Origin: Holosporales bacterium
GTDB taxonomy: Bacteria; Pseudomonadota; Alphaproteobacteria; UBA3830; JAIRMZ01
NCBI GenBank assembly: GCA_031279495.1
Contig: JAITIJ010000032.1
Location: forward strand, 1 to 37,635
Length of the DNA: 37,635 nucleotides
Direction of reading: 5' to 3'
The position numbers were made by a program, and so were the translations under genes. This document shows positions 1 to 7,761 of this stretch, piece by piece; position 1 is the stretch's first letter, and every line of letters starts with the position of its first letter. The notes beneath the pieces were generated by a model. It saw only the letters and a list, made by a program, of their open reading frames with translations. It made no database searches and was not told where the DNA came from.

Positions 1-202
1 GTTGGCATGATGGTCGGCGCAACTACAGTCGCAATGACTTGATCTCTCCCATGCGTAACTAACGTAACATTGCCCGGTAATCCCACCTCATGCGCATGAA
101 TCGTGTCATGAAAATTGAGAAGGGCCGTTAGGTGATTGTCTTTTCGAGAGGTTGCTGCATCGCTTTAAAATCGCTTTAAAGAAGTATCGTATCTCTTGGT
201 CT

Positions 203-907
203 TTATAAACATTTTTTCTCATAAAGATGTAGGTCTGAAATCTGGTCTATTTCTCCCCAAGGATAAGGATTTGGCACGCATTTGATGGGTGTCGCCTCTG
301 AAATCTTCCTTAAAAAATCCGTCATAAAAAGCGTATCGTTCTCTATAGCAGGCAGCGTTCTCCAGAATTCTTTTTTAAAGAGCAGTAAGCCCATATATTG
401 ACCCTGAATCTCTTCAATGGAACTTGGTTTCTGTCCAATTTCCAATAATCTTCCTTCAACAGACATTCTAAAAGTTTCAGCATCCTGCAATGGGTCTGCA
501 AAACGCTGACGCCAAAGGTCAAGCCAATTAGGGTCGTACGCAAGCAAGACCAGTGTTTCAGTAGAAGACTCAATCAAATCGCGCACTAAGCGCGTAGTAT
601 AAAAGATATCGGCGTAGCTCACGATGCAATCATCTTCTTTCAACCAAGAAGCGGCGCAAAGCATAGAATAGACCATATTCGTTTCCGCCCATCGCGGATT
701 GTGGATACGGCAAGTACCGTAAGGTTCTAAGCATTGGGATTGGTACCCTGTGACAACGCAGATATCACGTATTCCAGCTTCTTTCAATGCGGTAAGCTGA
801 TGTTCAATGAGAGGCTTTCCGAGCACAGAAACCAAGCTTTTTGGTTGTTCCTCTGTTAAAGATCCCATACGAGATCCGCGTCCAGCAGCCAGGATCAATC
901 CGCGCAT
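203..907 (-). CDS. Nucleotidyltransferase (NTP_transferase fold); candidate CTP:phosphoglutamine cytidylyltransferase (Cj1416-like)
   Basis: 234-aa ORF. The N-terminal 'GLILAAGRGSRMG...QPKSL' is the nucleotide-binding signature of sugar/phospho-nucleotidyltransferases. It is the last gene of a packed minus-strand operon and overlaps the upstream gene by 13 nt. Confidence 0.75.
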   Translation of the reverse strand: MRGLILAAGRGSRMGSLTEEQPKSLVSVLGKPLIEHQLTALKEAGIRDICVVTGYQSQCLEPYGTCRIHNPRWAETNMVYSMLCAASWLKEDDCIVSYADIFYTTRLVRDLIESSTETLVLLAYDPNWLDLWRQRFADPLQDAETFRMSVEGRLLEIGQKPSSIEEIQGQYMGLLLFKKEFWRTLPAIENDTLFMTDFLRKISEATPIKCVPNPYPWGEIDQISDLHLYEKKCL

Positions 908-1668
908 ATATCTCCAAGAAGAGTAAAGTTTTCGAACTCCAAACCAGATCGATAGGCGACAAAGGAATTATTGCGTATCGAAGGGTTGTTATAAACAGGA
1001 GGGCATCGTGTTTTTAAATCAATGATAACGCCTCCAGATTCCGTCAGAATCAGGTGTCCTGCTGCAATATCCCATTCCTTAGACCCTTCGAAACGAGGGT
1101 AGATATCGGCTTCTCTTGTTGCCAATTTGCAGAATTTCAACGCAGAACTCATTTCTATAATTCGATCAATCGCGTTTAACGAAAGAAAACGCTGCGTCCG
1201 GGGAGAATGATGTAGGCGGCTAACAATGGCGCACAATCCGTTTTCTTGTGAGGCTTCCCTTGAAAGAGATGATCTCACACAAGTTACGCCCTCTCCTTTG
1301 GCGGCATAATATAGTGCGTCTAATATGGGCGCATAAATAGCCCCCACTATAGGCGTTCTGTCTTGTATAAGGGCGACATTAACACAGAAATCATCGTGGC
1401 CCTTAAGAAATCCCTTTGTCCCATCCAAAGGATCAACAAGCCAATATCGTGTGTAGTTCTTGCGCACCTCATAAGCTGGCTCCGCTTCTTCAGAAACAAC
1501 TGGAATAGCCTCAAGCTTTGGCAGTGTTTCTGAAAGATAGGCATGAGAAGCTTTGTCGGCTTCTGTTAAAGGGGAGAGATCTTCTTTCTGAACACTTGTC
1601 GTATCTCCCCAGTACGAGGCTATAATTTTCCCCGCTTCTTGGACGATTTCGACAAGTTCATTCTTCAT
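895..1668 (-). CDS. cysQ: 3'(2'),5'-bisphosphate nucleotidase, CysQ / inositol-monophosphatase family
   Basis: 257-aa ORF with the CysQ-type motifs 'YWLVDPLDGTKGF', 'SALKFCKLA...ADIYPRF' and 'WDIAAGH'. Its ATG overlaps the upstream stop as ATGA at 1665-1668. Confidence 0.8.
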   Translation of the reverse strand: MKNELVEIVQEAGKIIASYWGDTTSVQKEDLSPLTEADKASHAYLSETLPKLEAIPVVSEEAEPAYEVRKNYTRYWLVDPLDGTKGFLKGHDDFCVNVALIQDRTPIVGAIYAPILDALYYAAKGEGVTCVRSSLSREASQENGLCAIVSRLHHSPRTQRFLSLNAIDRIIEMSSALKFCKLATREADIYPRFEGSKEWDIAAGHLILTESGGVIIDLKTRCPPVYNNPSIRNNSFVAYRSGLEFENFTLLGDICAD

Positions 1669-2261
1669 GACAGAAAATGTCCCTTAAACAAAGCGATATC
1701 CTGTGCATCAACTGGAGAAGTTCTCTCAGGATGCCACATAATACCATGAATGGGTAGAGTCCTGTGCGCAATTTCCTCTATAGTATCGTCTTCTGCGCAT
1801 TCTTTAATCTCGAACATGGATGCAGTAGTGCGCAGTCCATAATCGTGGTAGCTGTTGACCGTTCTTCCAGAACTCAGGCGATGGTGTTGCCCTATGTGAT
1901 GAGGAACTTTTTCCAAAGGCCCATGGAAATAATGCTGTATCACTTGCATGCCGCGACAAACACCTAAAACGGGAAAAGAAGCAGATACAGCATACGCTAG
2001 AATTGCCCTTTCTGTCGCATCACGCTCTGGAGCTGTTCCTCCATGGTTTTGTAATGTATTTCCTCCACTAAAAACGACGCCCACCAAAGGTGCTGTTTTT
2101 ATCAGGATAAGAGCAATATCTGGATTGTTGGGAATAAGCACAGGAACAAGGGAGCACAAGGCCAAAAAAGAGTTCCATTGCTGGTCAAGAGCATCGCGAC
2201 GTTCTGTCGTGTTTTCGTATGCGTGCTCTTCTACCCGTGTTGTAATGCCGACGAGCTTCAC
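1665..2261 (-). CDS. Class I glutamine-amidotransferase-like hydrolase (peptidase C26 family); candidate gamma-glutamyl-CDP-amidate hydrolase (Cj1417-like)
   Basis: Catalytic 'GVCRGMQ' Cys motif and 'WHPE' His/Glu motif. I moved the start to GTG at 2261, which overlaps the upstream TGA (2258-2260) as GTGA and gives about 198 aa. The 261-aa track ORF would overlap the upstream gene by 193 nt. Confidence 0.75.
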   Translation of the reverse strand: MKLVGITTRVEEHAYENTTERRDALDQQWNSFLALCSLVPVLIPNNPDIALILIKTAPLVGVVFSGGNTLQNHGGTAPERDATERAILAYAVSASFPVLGVCRGMQVIQHYFHGPLEKVPHHIGQHHRLSSGRTVNSYHDYGLRTTASMFEIKECAEDDTIEEIAHRTLPIHGIMWHPERTSPVDAQDIALFKGHFLS

Positions 2262-4564
2262 CGTATTACTTCGACTTTTTGGTTGGCGCAATCTATATGA
2301 AGGATTTGTGCGTGCGCCCATTGCGTGTAGAGTTTTTCTCCTGCTCCGATAATTGCTGGTAAGCCTAATTCTCCTGCGCGGATTGCCATATGAGAATTCA
2401 CCCCGCCGTAAGTCGTCACAAATCCGGCAATACCGTGCGTAAAAATCCAATCGAATCCAGGATCTGCACTGGGGATAAAAAGAATTTTTCCATGTAATGC
2501 GTGCTCACGCGCTAAATCTTTAAGAATAGGCGCTGTAACAGATTTGCGGGTGATGAAATTGGGATGATCCTCTGACAAGGCAAAAGAGTAGAAATCTTCC
2601 GTCTTTGTAATGAGTGGAGGTAAGAGAATCTGCGATGCGATCGTGTACCGCTTTTTGCCTAACTCTATACTCTTTTGTATCGTTTGAAGTATATCCCAAG
2701 AAGAGGCGTACATTTCTAGAATGCTTTTTATGTCGACATAAGACAGTTCTTCTGCATCAAGGCCATGTTGCGCGCCGAACCCCTTGAAGAGGGATAATAC
2801 GTTGCTGAGCGTTTTGGTGAAGACGAATTTGGCATACTCGCGCCCCTCGATTGCTGCTTTCATGAAGGTGAAAATACCTACGACATTATGGTCTAGTTTA
2901 TGCTGTTCTAGCAGATGTTCTACTCGTTGCATCTGAGAAATGGACAATGTAAAGGGCATTTTTTCTGTAAAATGTTCGTTTCTGACTTTAGTCCAATCGA
3001 AATACAAGCTCGGCGCTTCGTCATAACGTGGGGAAAGGATATCATAGGTTCCTGGCCGTAAGTGCCCATATTTTTCAAGGAATACTCCTTGCGACTCTGT
3101 TGCCAGATCATGCGCCATTTGAGAGCTAACCGAATTGAGGCTATTAAGGAAATCCGAACGCTGGTCTTTTGAAAGAATGCCGATGGACACCATCGAATTT
3201 AGGATCTGTACCGCGATAAACCCTGCACGCGCGAGCCCCGCAAAAGGCAATGTGCCATACCTTCTGCAATCTTCTACCATCCAATAGATTTTTGTTAAAA
3301 AATCGAAGTCTTTGTTGTGCAAAATGGTGTCGTGACGGTGTTTTAATTCTTCAATCTTTTGAGCATCCGTCACCCAAAGACCAGTATCATTTCTGATAAT
3401 CGTGTTTGTTAGTTCTCTGAGCGATTCCTGTAAATGCTGAAGATCTTGCTTGGAAAATCCAGCTATTTGCAGAGATTTAAGACGTTCCGGTGTATCAAAA
3501 GTGTAACAAGAATGCGCAATCTCGAATTCGATTTTATCGTGTAGATGAGGAGTTGTTTCCAATGTATCCAGATAATAATCTGCTAACCTATCAGAGAGAG
3601 ATTCGTCAAGCGTTTTCGGCAGAAAGGAGTTGAAGCTTACGCGCACATCGACATAAGGAAGACCGATAAAATCAACAAGAAGGGGAAAACTGCGCAGGTT
3701 CCTGTATCCATAATTATCGCGCTGATAAGCCCACGTACTGTCCGTAATCAGTGTTTTATATAGGCTGAGCGCTAAAGGCTTTGGGCGCACTCCAATGATT
3801 TCCGCCGGATTCCAATCTGGCATAACGCCAAAAAGTGCTCTTCTACCTTTTAGATATGGATGCGGCTTGTTGAGAATATCAAATCGCTTGGCAGCCATAT
3901 CAAGCCAAATCTGTTGATTGGTTATGGGAGAAAGCGTGCAGACTAGTGGTCGGACCTGGAACAAGAACAAATCTTCTTGCTGGTCGAAAGCAAATTCGAT
4001 GTCAAGATTTTGTGTGTCTAAGCGCTTTTCCAAAGTGTGCGCGAGGAGGAGAAGCTTTTTTAAACGTGTGTCTTGATGATGCGTGACACATCTGGCGATA
4101 AATACAGTATTTAGATGCGCTGTTGCTCCCGCTGTAACAGCAGTCGTATCTTGTGTCGTGGAAAAGTTGATGACGTAATACGGAGCCCCGCTATTAGGGT
4201 CTTTCGTGAACAAAACGCCACTCATAGCAACGTCTTGCAGCATCGGTTGCAACAAGACTTCATCTTTAGAAGAAAGAGCATCGCCGTAGGAAGCAAAAAC
4301 CGTCTCAATCGCTTTTCTTAGGCCGGAAAAAGGAACATTCAGCAGAGATGTGTACTTTCCGGCATTAGAAGTGTTTTCTTGATCTTCTGTTGTGGCACTG
4401 CTGCGCACAATAAAAAGAGGCCAGTTTTTCTGGCACGCTTCCTCTAAAAACACTCCTGGCGCTCGCTCCCACATTTCATGAGAGCAAACAAGCATTTCTA
4501 GAATCTTCGCTTCGCAAAGATCTGTAAGAAACTTAAGCGTCTGGGCTTTTGTACTGCACTGCAT
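2258..4564 (-). CDS. PEP-utilising / pyruvate-phosphate-dikinase-like phosphotransferase (N-terminal ATP-grasp PPDK_N domain plus C-terminal phosphohistidine swivel domain); candidate L-glutamine kinase (Cj1418-like)
   Basis: 768-aa ORF. The C-terminal 'GGVNSHMAIRAGELGLPAIIG' is the phosphohistidine mobile-domain signature. The N-terminal 'STKAQTLKFL...FIVRSSATTEDQ' resembles the PPDK_N nucleotide-binding domain. No PEP/pyruvate TIM-barrel domain is evident. Confidence 0.75.
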   Translation of the reverse strand: MQCSTKAQTLKFLTDLCEAKILEMLVCSHEMWERAPGVFLEEACQKNWPLFIVRSSATTEDQENTSNAGKYTSLLNVPFSGLRKAIETVFASYGDALSSKDEVLLQPMLQDVAMSGVLFTKDPNSGAPYYVINFSTTQDTTAVTAGATAHLNTVFIARCVTHHQDTRLKKLLLLAHTLEKRLDTQNLDIEFAFDQQEDLFLFQVRPLVCTLSPITNQQIWLDMAAKRFDILNKPHPYLKGRRALFGVMPDWNPAEIIGVRPKPLALSLYKTLITDSTWAYQRDNYGYRNLRSFPLLVDFIGLPYVDVRVSFNSFLPKTLDESLSDRLADYYLDTLETTPHLHDKIEFEIAHSCYTFDTPERLKSLQIAGFSKQDLQHLQESLRELTNTIIRNDTGLWVTDAQKIEELKHRHDTILHNKDFDFLTKIYWMVEDCRRYGTLPFAGLARAGFIAVQILNSMVSIGILSKDQRSDFLNSLNSVSSQMAHDLATESQGVFLEKYGHLRPGTYDILSPRYDEAPSLYFDWTKVRNEHFTEKMPFTLSISQMQRVEHLLEQHKLDHNVVGIFTFMKAAIEGREYAKFVFTKTLSNVLSLFKGFGAQHGLDAEELSYVDIKSILEMYASSWDILQTIQKSIELGKKRYTIASQILLPPLITKTEDFYSFALSEDHPNFITRKSVTAPILKDLAREHALHGKILFIPSADPGFDWIFTHGIAGFVTTYGGVNSHMAIRAGELGLPAIIGAGEKLYTQWAHAQILHIDCANQKVEVIR

Positions 4565-5840
4565 TGCTGATATCCAAAAATCTTAAGCGTTTGAGCTTGA
4601 TGTATTCTTTGAGAAGATCCGACAAATAATGAGGGCGTTGAATTAAACGTTTACCGAGTATGTCGTCCATTTCCGGAGTATCGGCATCAGGCTTGATCGA
4701 TCTTTTCCTTACAACAAGGTGCAGAACATATCGCAGACTTAGTCGTGCTACTCGCAAAACATCGACAAGACTTAATTTGGCCTCTTCTGGAAAGAACTTA
4801 ATCAAAACATCATGATAGAAAAGCCGGGCAACGGCTTCCTGATCTGCCGTAAGGATCCTCTCCCCTTTCTCGGTAAAGTTCTTATTTACAGAAGCCGTGT
4901 TTTTTCGCTTTCCAGAGAACCCTACCCAAGGATTTCCATAGAAAGTCGCTTGTTTTAGCGTAGGATCATACCGAACACCTAAAAAGGCACATACATGCGC
5001 CATAACAGCATCAAATTCCTTGTGTAATCCAGGCAGATAAAGAAGATAAATACTTTTTGGGATTTTCCACATATCATAAAGAGCGGATACCCTATGCGTC
5101 CGAACATCTTCTCTGTTGACGAGACTAGATTCGTAGGATTCACGCATGGAAGCGATCAATTGCGCATTTTTTACCGGGTCTTTTTGAAGAATGGCTAATT
5201 TTCTCTTTGATGCTCTTTCCGAACTGAGAGCCGATTCCAGAGTCTCTACAGGATTCCTCAGTAGAGTAATAAAGCTCGCCTTTGGAAAGTCTTGAAAGAA
5301 TTTTTTATGCTGTCTAAAGACGTCTTTTCGTGGCCCTTTCCGAGTAGTTGTCATGACGTGATGGCTATGAAGATGAAGAAGAATGAGCTTTAGATTCCTC
5401 AATGATCTATTGCATATTAGAAAAAAAGCGATATGGATCAGCAGAAAGTATTCTTTGCGTCCGCAATCACCATATAATTGACATAACTGGAAAAAGATTC
5501 TGCAGAACGCGCTCTTATCAATATTTCTCAGACTCTGTGGAGGATCTTCACAAGCAGCGGGCCTGAAAACCCCCCTCGCGAGATCGAACAATCCAGAAGA
5601 GTTCTTTTCAAAGAGTTCCAGGTATTCTTCTGGAGAAAATTTCTCTTCTTCGTTTGCGTAAAAATCATATACGTTTGTCTCTATAGGCAAGCTAGAAACT
5701 TCTTCGTGTTGATCAAAGAGTCCTTTGAAAAAAGTAGACCCCGCTCTTCCATAAGGCGTCATAACTGCGCACTGCACTCGAGAAAGAGCGTCAACTAACT
5801 CCTCACGCGTTAAATTTAGATCTTCAAGCATTCCAGACAT
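4533..5840 (-). CDS. Sulfotransferase-fold protein (binds a 3'-phosphonucleotide donor); acceptor and transferred group unknown
   Basis: 435-aa ORF. It has an N-terminal P-loop-like 5'-phosphosulfate-binding motif 'YGRAGSTFFKGLF' and a 3'-phosphate-binding type motif 'LLRNPVETLES'. It overlaps both operon neighbours. Confidence 0.6.
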   Translation of the reverse strand: MSGMLEDLNLTREELVDALSRVQCAVMTPYGRAGSTFFKGLFDQHEEVSSLPIETNVYDFYANEEEKFSPEEYLELFEKNSSGLFDLARGVFRPAACEDPPQSLRNIDKSAFCRIFFQLCQLYGDCGRKEYFLLIHIAFFLICNRSLRNLKLILLHLHSHHVMTTTRKGPRKDVFRQHKKFFQDFPKASFITLLRNPVETLESALSSERASKRKLAILQKDPVKNAQLIASMRESYESSLVNREDVRTHRVSALYDMWKIPKSIYLLYLPGLHKEFDAVMAHVCAFLGVRYDPTLKQATFYGNPWVGFSGKRKNTASVNKNFTEKGERILTADQEAVARLFYHDVLIKFFPEEAKLSLVDVLRVARLSLRYVLHLVVRKRSIKPDADTPEMDDILGKRLIQRPHYLSDLLKEYIKLKRLRFLDISNAVQYKSPDA

Positions 5841-6304
5841 TTCTCCGTTACCAAGCGCGCTTGTTGCTCCAAACTTGTCCTTTCATCAAAACAAAAATCC
5901 GAATACCACGGCTCTTCGTAAGAGTTATCCACCATATCCAGATTCCGCTTATACAGTCCCTTTGCATCGCGCAGTTCCCGCTCTTGCTGGCTAATACGCA
6001 AATAAACCTCGATGTACTGTTTGTTGTTATCGCGGTTCCACCGTCGAACTTCTTCAAACATCGAAATTGTAGCAACTATCACAAGAAACCCTTGCTCCGA
6101 TAGTAACCTTGCCAGCCTAGAGTAAACATGGGAAAGCTTCCTCCTCTCTTCATGGGAGACGCCGGACTCTTCCCCTAAAACAGCGCGCATTTCATCTCCG
6201 TCAAGGAGCAAAGGGTGCAGCCCGGTACTACAGAGCTGTTTGCTAACGGCGCGCGCTAATGTCGTTTTTCCTGCCCCTGAAAATCCGGTAATCCAGACAA
6301 CCAC
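5816..6304 (-). CDS. Adenylylsulfate (APS) kinase family protein; candidate cytidine diphosphoramidate 3'-kinase (Cj1415-like)
   Basis: 162-aa ORF. It has the Walker A motif 'ITGFSGAGKTTLA', plus 'LDGDEMR' and 'RDAKGLYK' motifs typical of CysC-type kinases. It is the first gene of the operon. Confidence 0.8.
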   Translation of the reverse strand: MVVWITGFSGAGKTTLARAVSKQLCSTGLHPLLLDGDEMRAVLGEESGVSHEERRKLSHVYSRLARLLSEQGFLVIVATISMFEEVRRWNRDNNKQYIEVYLRISQQERELRDAKGLYKRNLDMVDNSYEEPWYSDFCFDERTSLEQQARLVTEKCLECLKI

Positions 6305-6394
6305 AAAACCGCAACCCTCCCAAGCAAAATCTTTCTAGCATATCCTTTCAGGCAAAGATACACTCTGCCCGCCAAAACAACCAGCCTCAACAAA

Positions 6395-6781
6395 CTAGCA
6401 AGAGGTCGTTAGTTGCCCCGGAAAGAGAATCTTAATAATACCTCCAAACGCGCACATCAATTGAGAATCATTGGTTAAGGCAGGAGAAGCTCCTACAAGA
6501 ACAACGGGATTTCCTACAATCCATGGCGGAATAAGGGCAAGAGTGCACGGCATTGGTGTCAGCACTCCAAAGGCCGCTGCGGTAGCGGCAGCCGTTGCGG
6601 GGTTCGCCAAACTTGTACATACCCCAAAAGGAGAAACATTCAAGAAAGGAACAGAGTCCATAATCGTTCCCATCGGCGGACCACCGCAAAAAGCACAAGA
6701 AGTGGGCAGAAAATTCAAAGGCGTTGGCACCATTCCCATTGAACATTTGCATAAAGCACCCTGAACGACAGGAAGACCCAT
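6395..6781 (-). CDS. DUF4280 (PAAR-like) domain protein
   Basis: Near-textbook DUF4280 pattern: 'VVQGALCKCSMG', 'PFGVCTSLANPATAAATAAAFGVLTPMPC', 'PPW', 'LMCAFGGIIKI..PGQ'. The start is set to ATG at 6781; the track uses TTG at 6787. Confidence 0.8.
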   Translation of the reverse strand: MGLPVVQGALCKCSMGMVPTPLNFLPTSCAFCGGPPMGTIMDSVPFLNVSPFGVCTSLANPATAAATAAAFGVLTPMPCTLALIPPWIVGNPVVLVGASPALTNDSQLMCAFGGIIKILFPGQLTTSC

Positions 6782-6783
6782 GT

Positions 6784-7503
6784 TCAACCATTGTCCTGTG
6801 GAGGACAGACGTTGCCCTTACGATCAAACTGTACACTGTTTTGAAGCTTTCCAGCGTTGAAATAGGCGACTTCCTTGATGCCTCCATCATCGTAGTATTG
6901 GCGTCTCTCTCCCTCCAAAAGATCCGCATGATAGAGAGCTTCTTCCAGCGGCTGACAATTGGGATAGTATGTGACGCTCGAGCCTTCTAATTTACCAGCA
7001 ACATAGGAAGAAGTGCGAACAATAGTCCCACCGTCTCTGAAGAAAGTAAACATTCCTTCAAGTTTTCCGGATACATAAAACGCCTCAGCAGCCACCTCTC
7101 CAGTGGGATTGAAATATGTTGCTTTCCCCTCTTGCAAGCCGTCAACATAAAGCACCTCTAACGTCTTACAGCCATCTTTATAAAAAGTGGCGAGTCCATT
7201 AAGGGTATTGTTTGCGTAAGTTAGGGTTTGTGTAACGTTACCATCTTCAGCATAAATAAAAGCGCTGCCAGAAAGTACCCCACCAACAAACATCAGTTTC
7301 TGTGCGCATCCTCCAGATGAAAAAAACACCTCAGTTGGTCCATCCAGACATCCCTCTCTGTAAGTCATTTTTTGAAGGAGCGTTCCCTGCGTATCGCAGA
7401 TATCCACAACACCATTTAAAGAGGCCTGCTCTTGATCCGTATCTGCTTGCACAGAAGAGAGGTCAGCCATCGAAGAATCTCTCACAAATCTGTAAGAAAA
7501 CAA
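6784..7503 (-). CDS. MORN-variant repeat protein (YwqK-like repeat architecture)
   Basis: 239-aa ORF built from about 23-aa repeats of the form 'G.L.G....YY..G.......Y..GKL.G'. Its stop lies 2 nt before the DUF4280 start. Confidence 0.6.
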   Translation of the reverse strand: MFSYRFVRDSSMADLSSVQADTDQEQASLNGVVDICDTQGTLLQKMTYREGCLDGPTEVFFSSGGCAQKLMFVGGVLSGSAFIYAEDGNVTQTLTYANNTLNGLATFYKDGCKTLEVLYVDGLQEGKATYFNPTGEVAAEAFYVSGKLEGMFTFFRDGGTIVRTSSYVAGKLEGSSVTYYPNCQPLEEALYHADLLEGERRQYYDDGGIKEVAYFNAGKLQNSVQFDRKGNVCPPQDNG

Positions 7504-7761
7504 GAGATATTTTATTTAAATAAAACCAATGTAGCAATACCTGTTGCCGTGGTGCGACGAACAACAAAAATCTAGTTGTTTTTTATTGATTCTTTCGCAT
7601 CCCTCCTCTATCAAGGAATATGCCACGTAAGTGACGAGGGTGAAAAGGTAAAGGTGGGATTTTTTCAGAATTATCTCTGTTCAGAACCCTTGTAGGATCA
7701 TAGTGCGCGGAAGATGATAGGGTCTTTAGCGAAATCCGGAAAGGCGTTGAATATAAGGTAT

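Noticed and set aside
1-202. A possible gene end at the left edge (frame-1 stop at 40-42) and an 11-bp direct repeat CGCTTTAAA(A/G) at 161-182.
   Set aside because: The coding fragment is too short to identify, and the repeat has only two copies in a 3' untranslated region.
1948-2352. A 134-aa plus-strand ORF, together with many similar 60-165-aa ORFs antisense to or out of frame with longer genes (for example 343-573, 1347-1544, 6468-6929, 6471-6764, 7698-8066, 10015-10392, 14033-14530, 19201-19593, 22122-22589, 23257-23616, 25966-26385, 26491-26913, 29988-30365).
   Set aside because: They lie entirely inside well-supported genes on the other strand or frame. They have biased, low-complexity composition and no motifs, so they are shadow ORFs.
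1665-2450. The 261-aa version of the amidotransferase-like ORF with an Arg-rich N-terminal extension.
   Set aside because: The extension overlaps the upstream gene by 193 nt and has no family similarity. A GTG at 2261 forms a GTGA overlap with the upstream stop and gives a typical domain length.
203-6304. Reading the operon simply as a PAPS-dependent sulfation module (cysC, sulfotransferase, cysQ).
   Set aside because: This is not fully excluded, but it leaves the translationally coupled PEP-utilising kinase, C26 hydrolase and nucleotidyltransferase unexplained, and no ATP sulfurylase is present. The four-family match to the phosphoramidate donor pathway explains all the genes. I keep sulfation as the main alternative hypothesis.
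7560-7585. A hairpin (AACAAC/GTTGTT) followed by a T-run on the plus strand in the divergent intergenic region.
   Set aside because: No plus-strand gene lies upstream for it to terminate, and the stem is only 6 bp and AT-rich. It could be a leader or attenuator element, but I cannot support a call.
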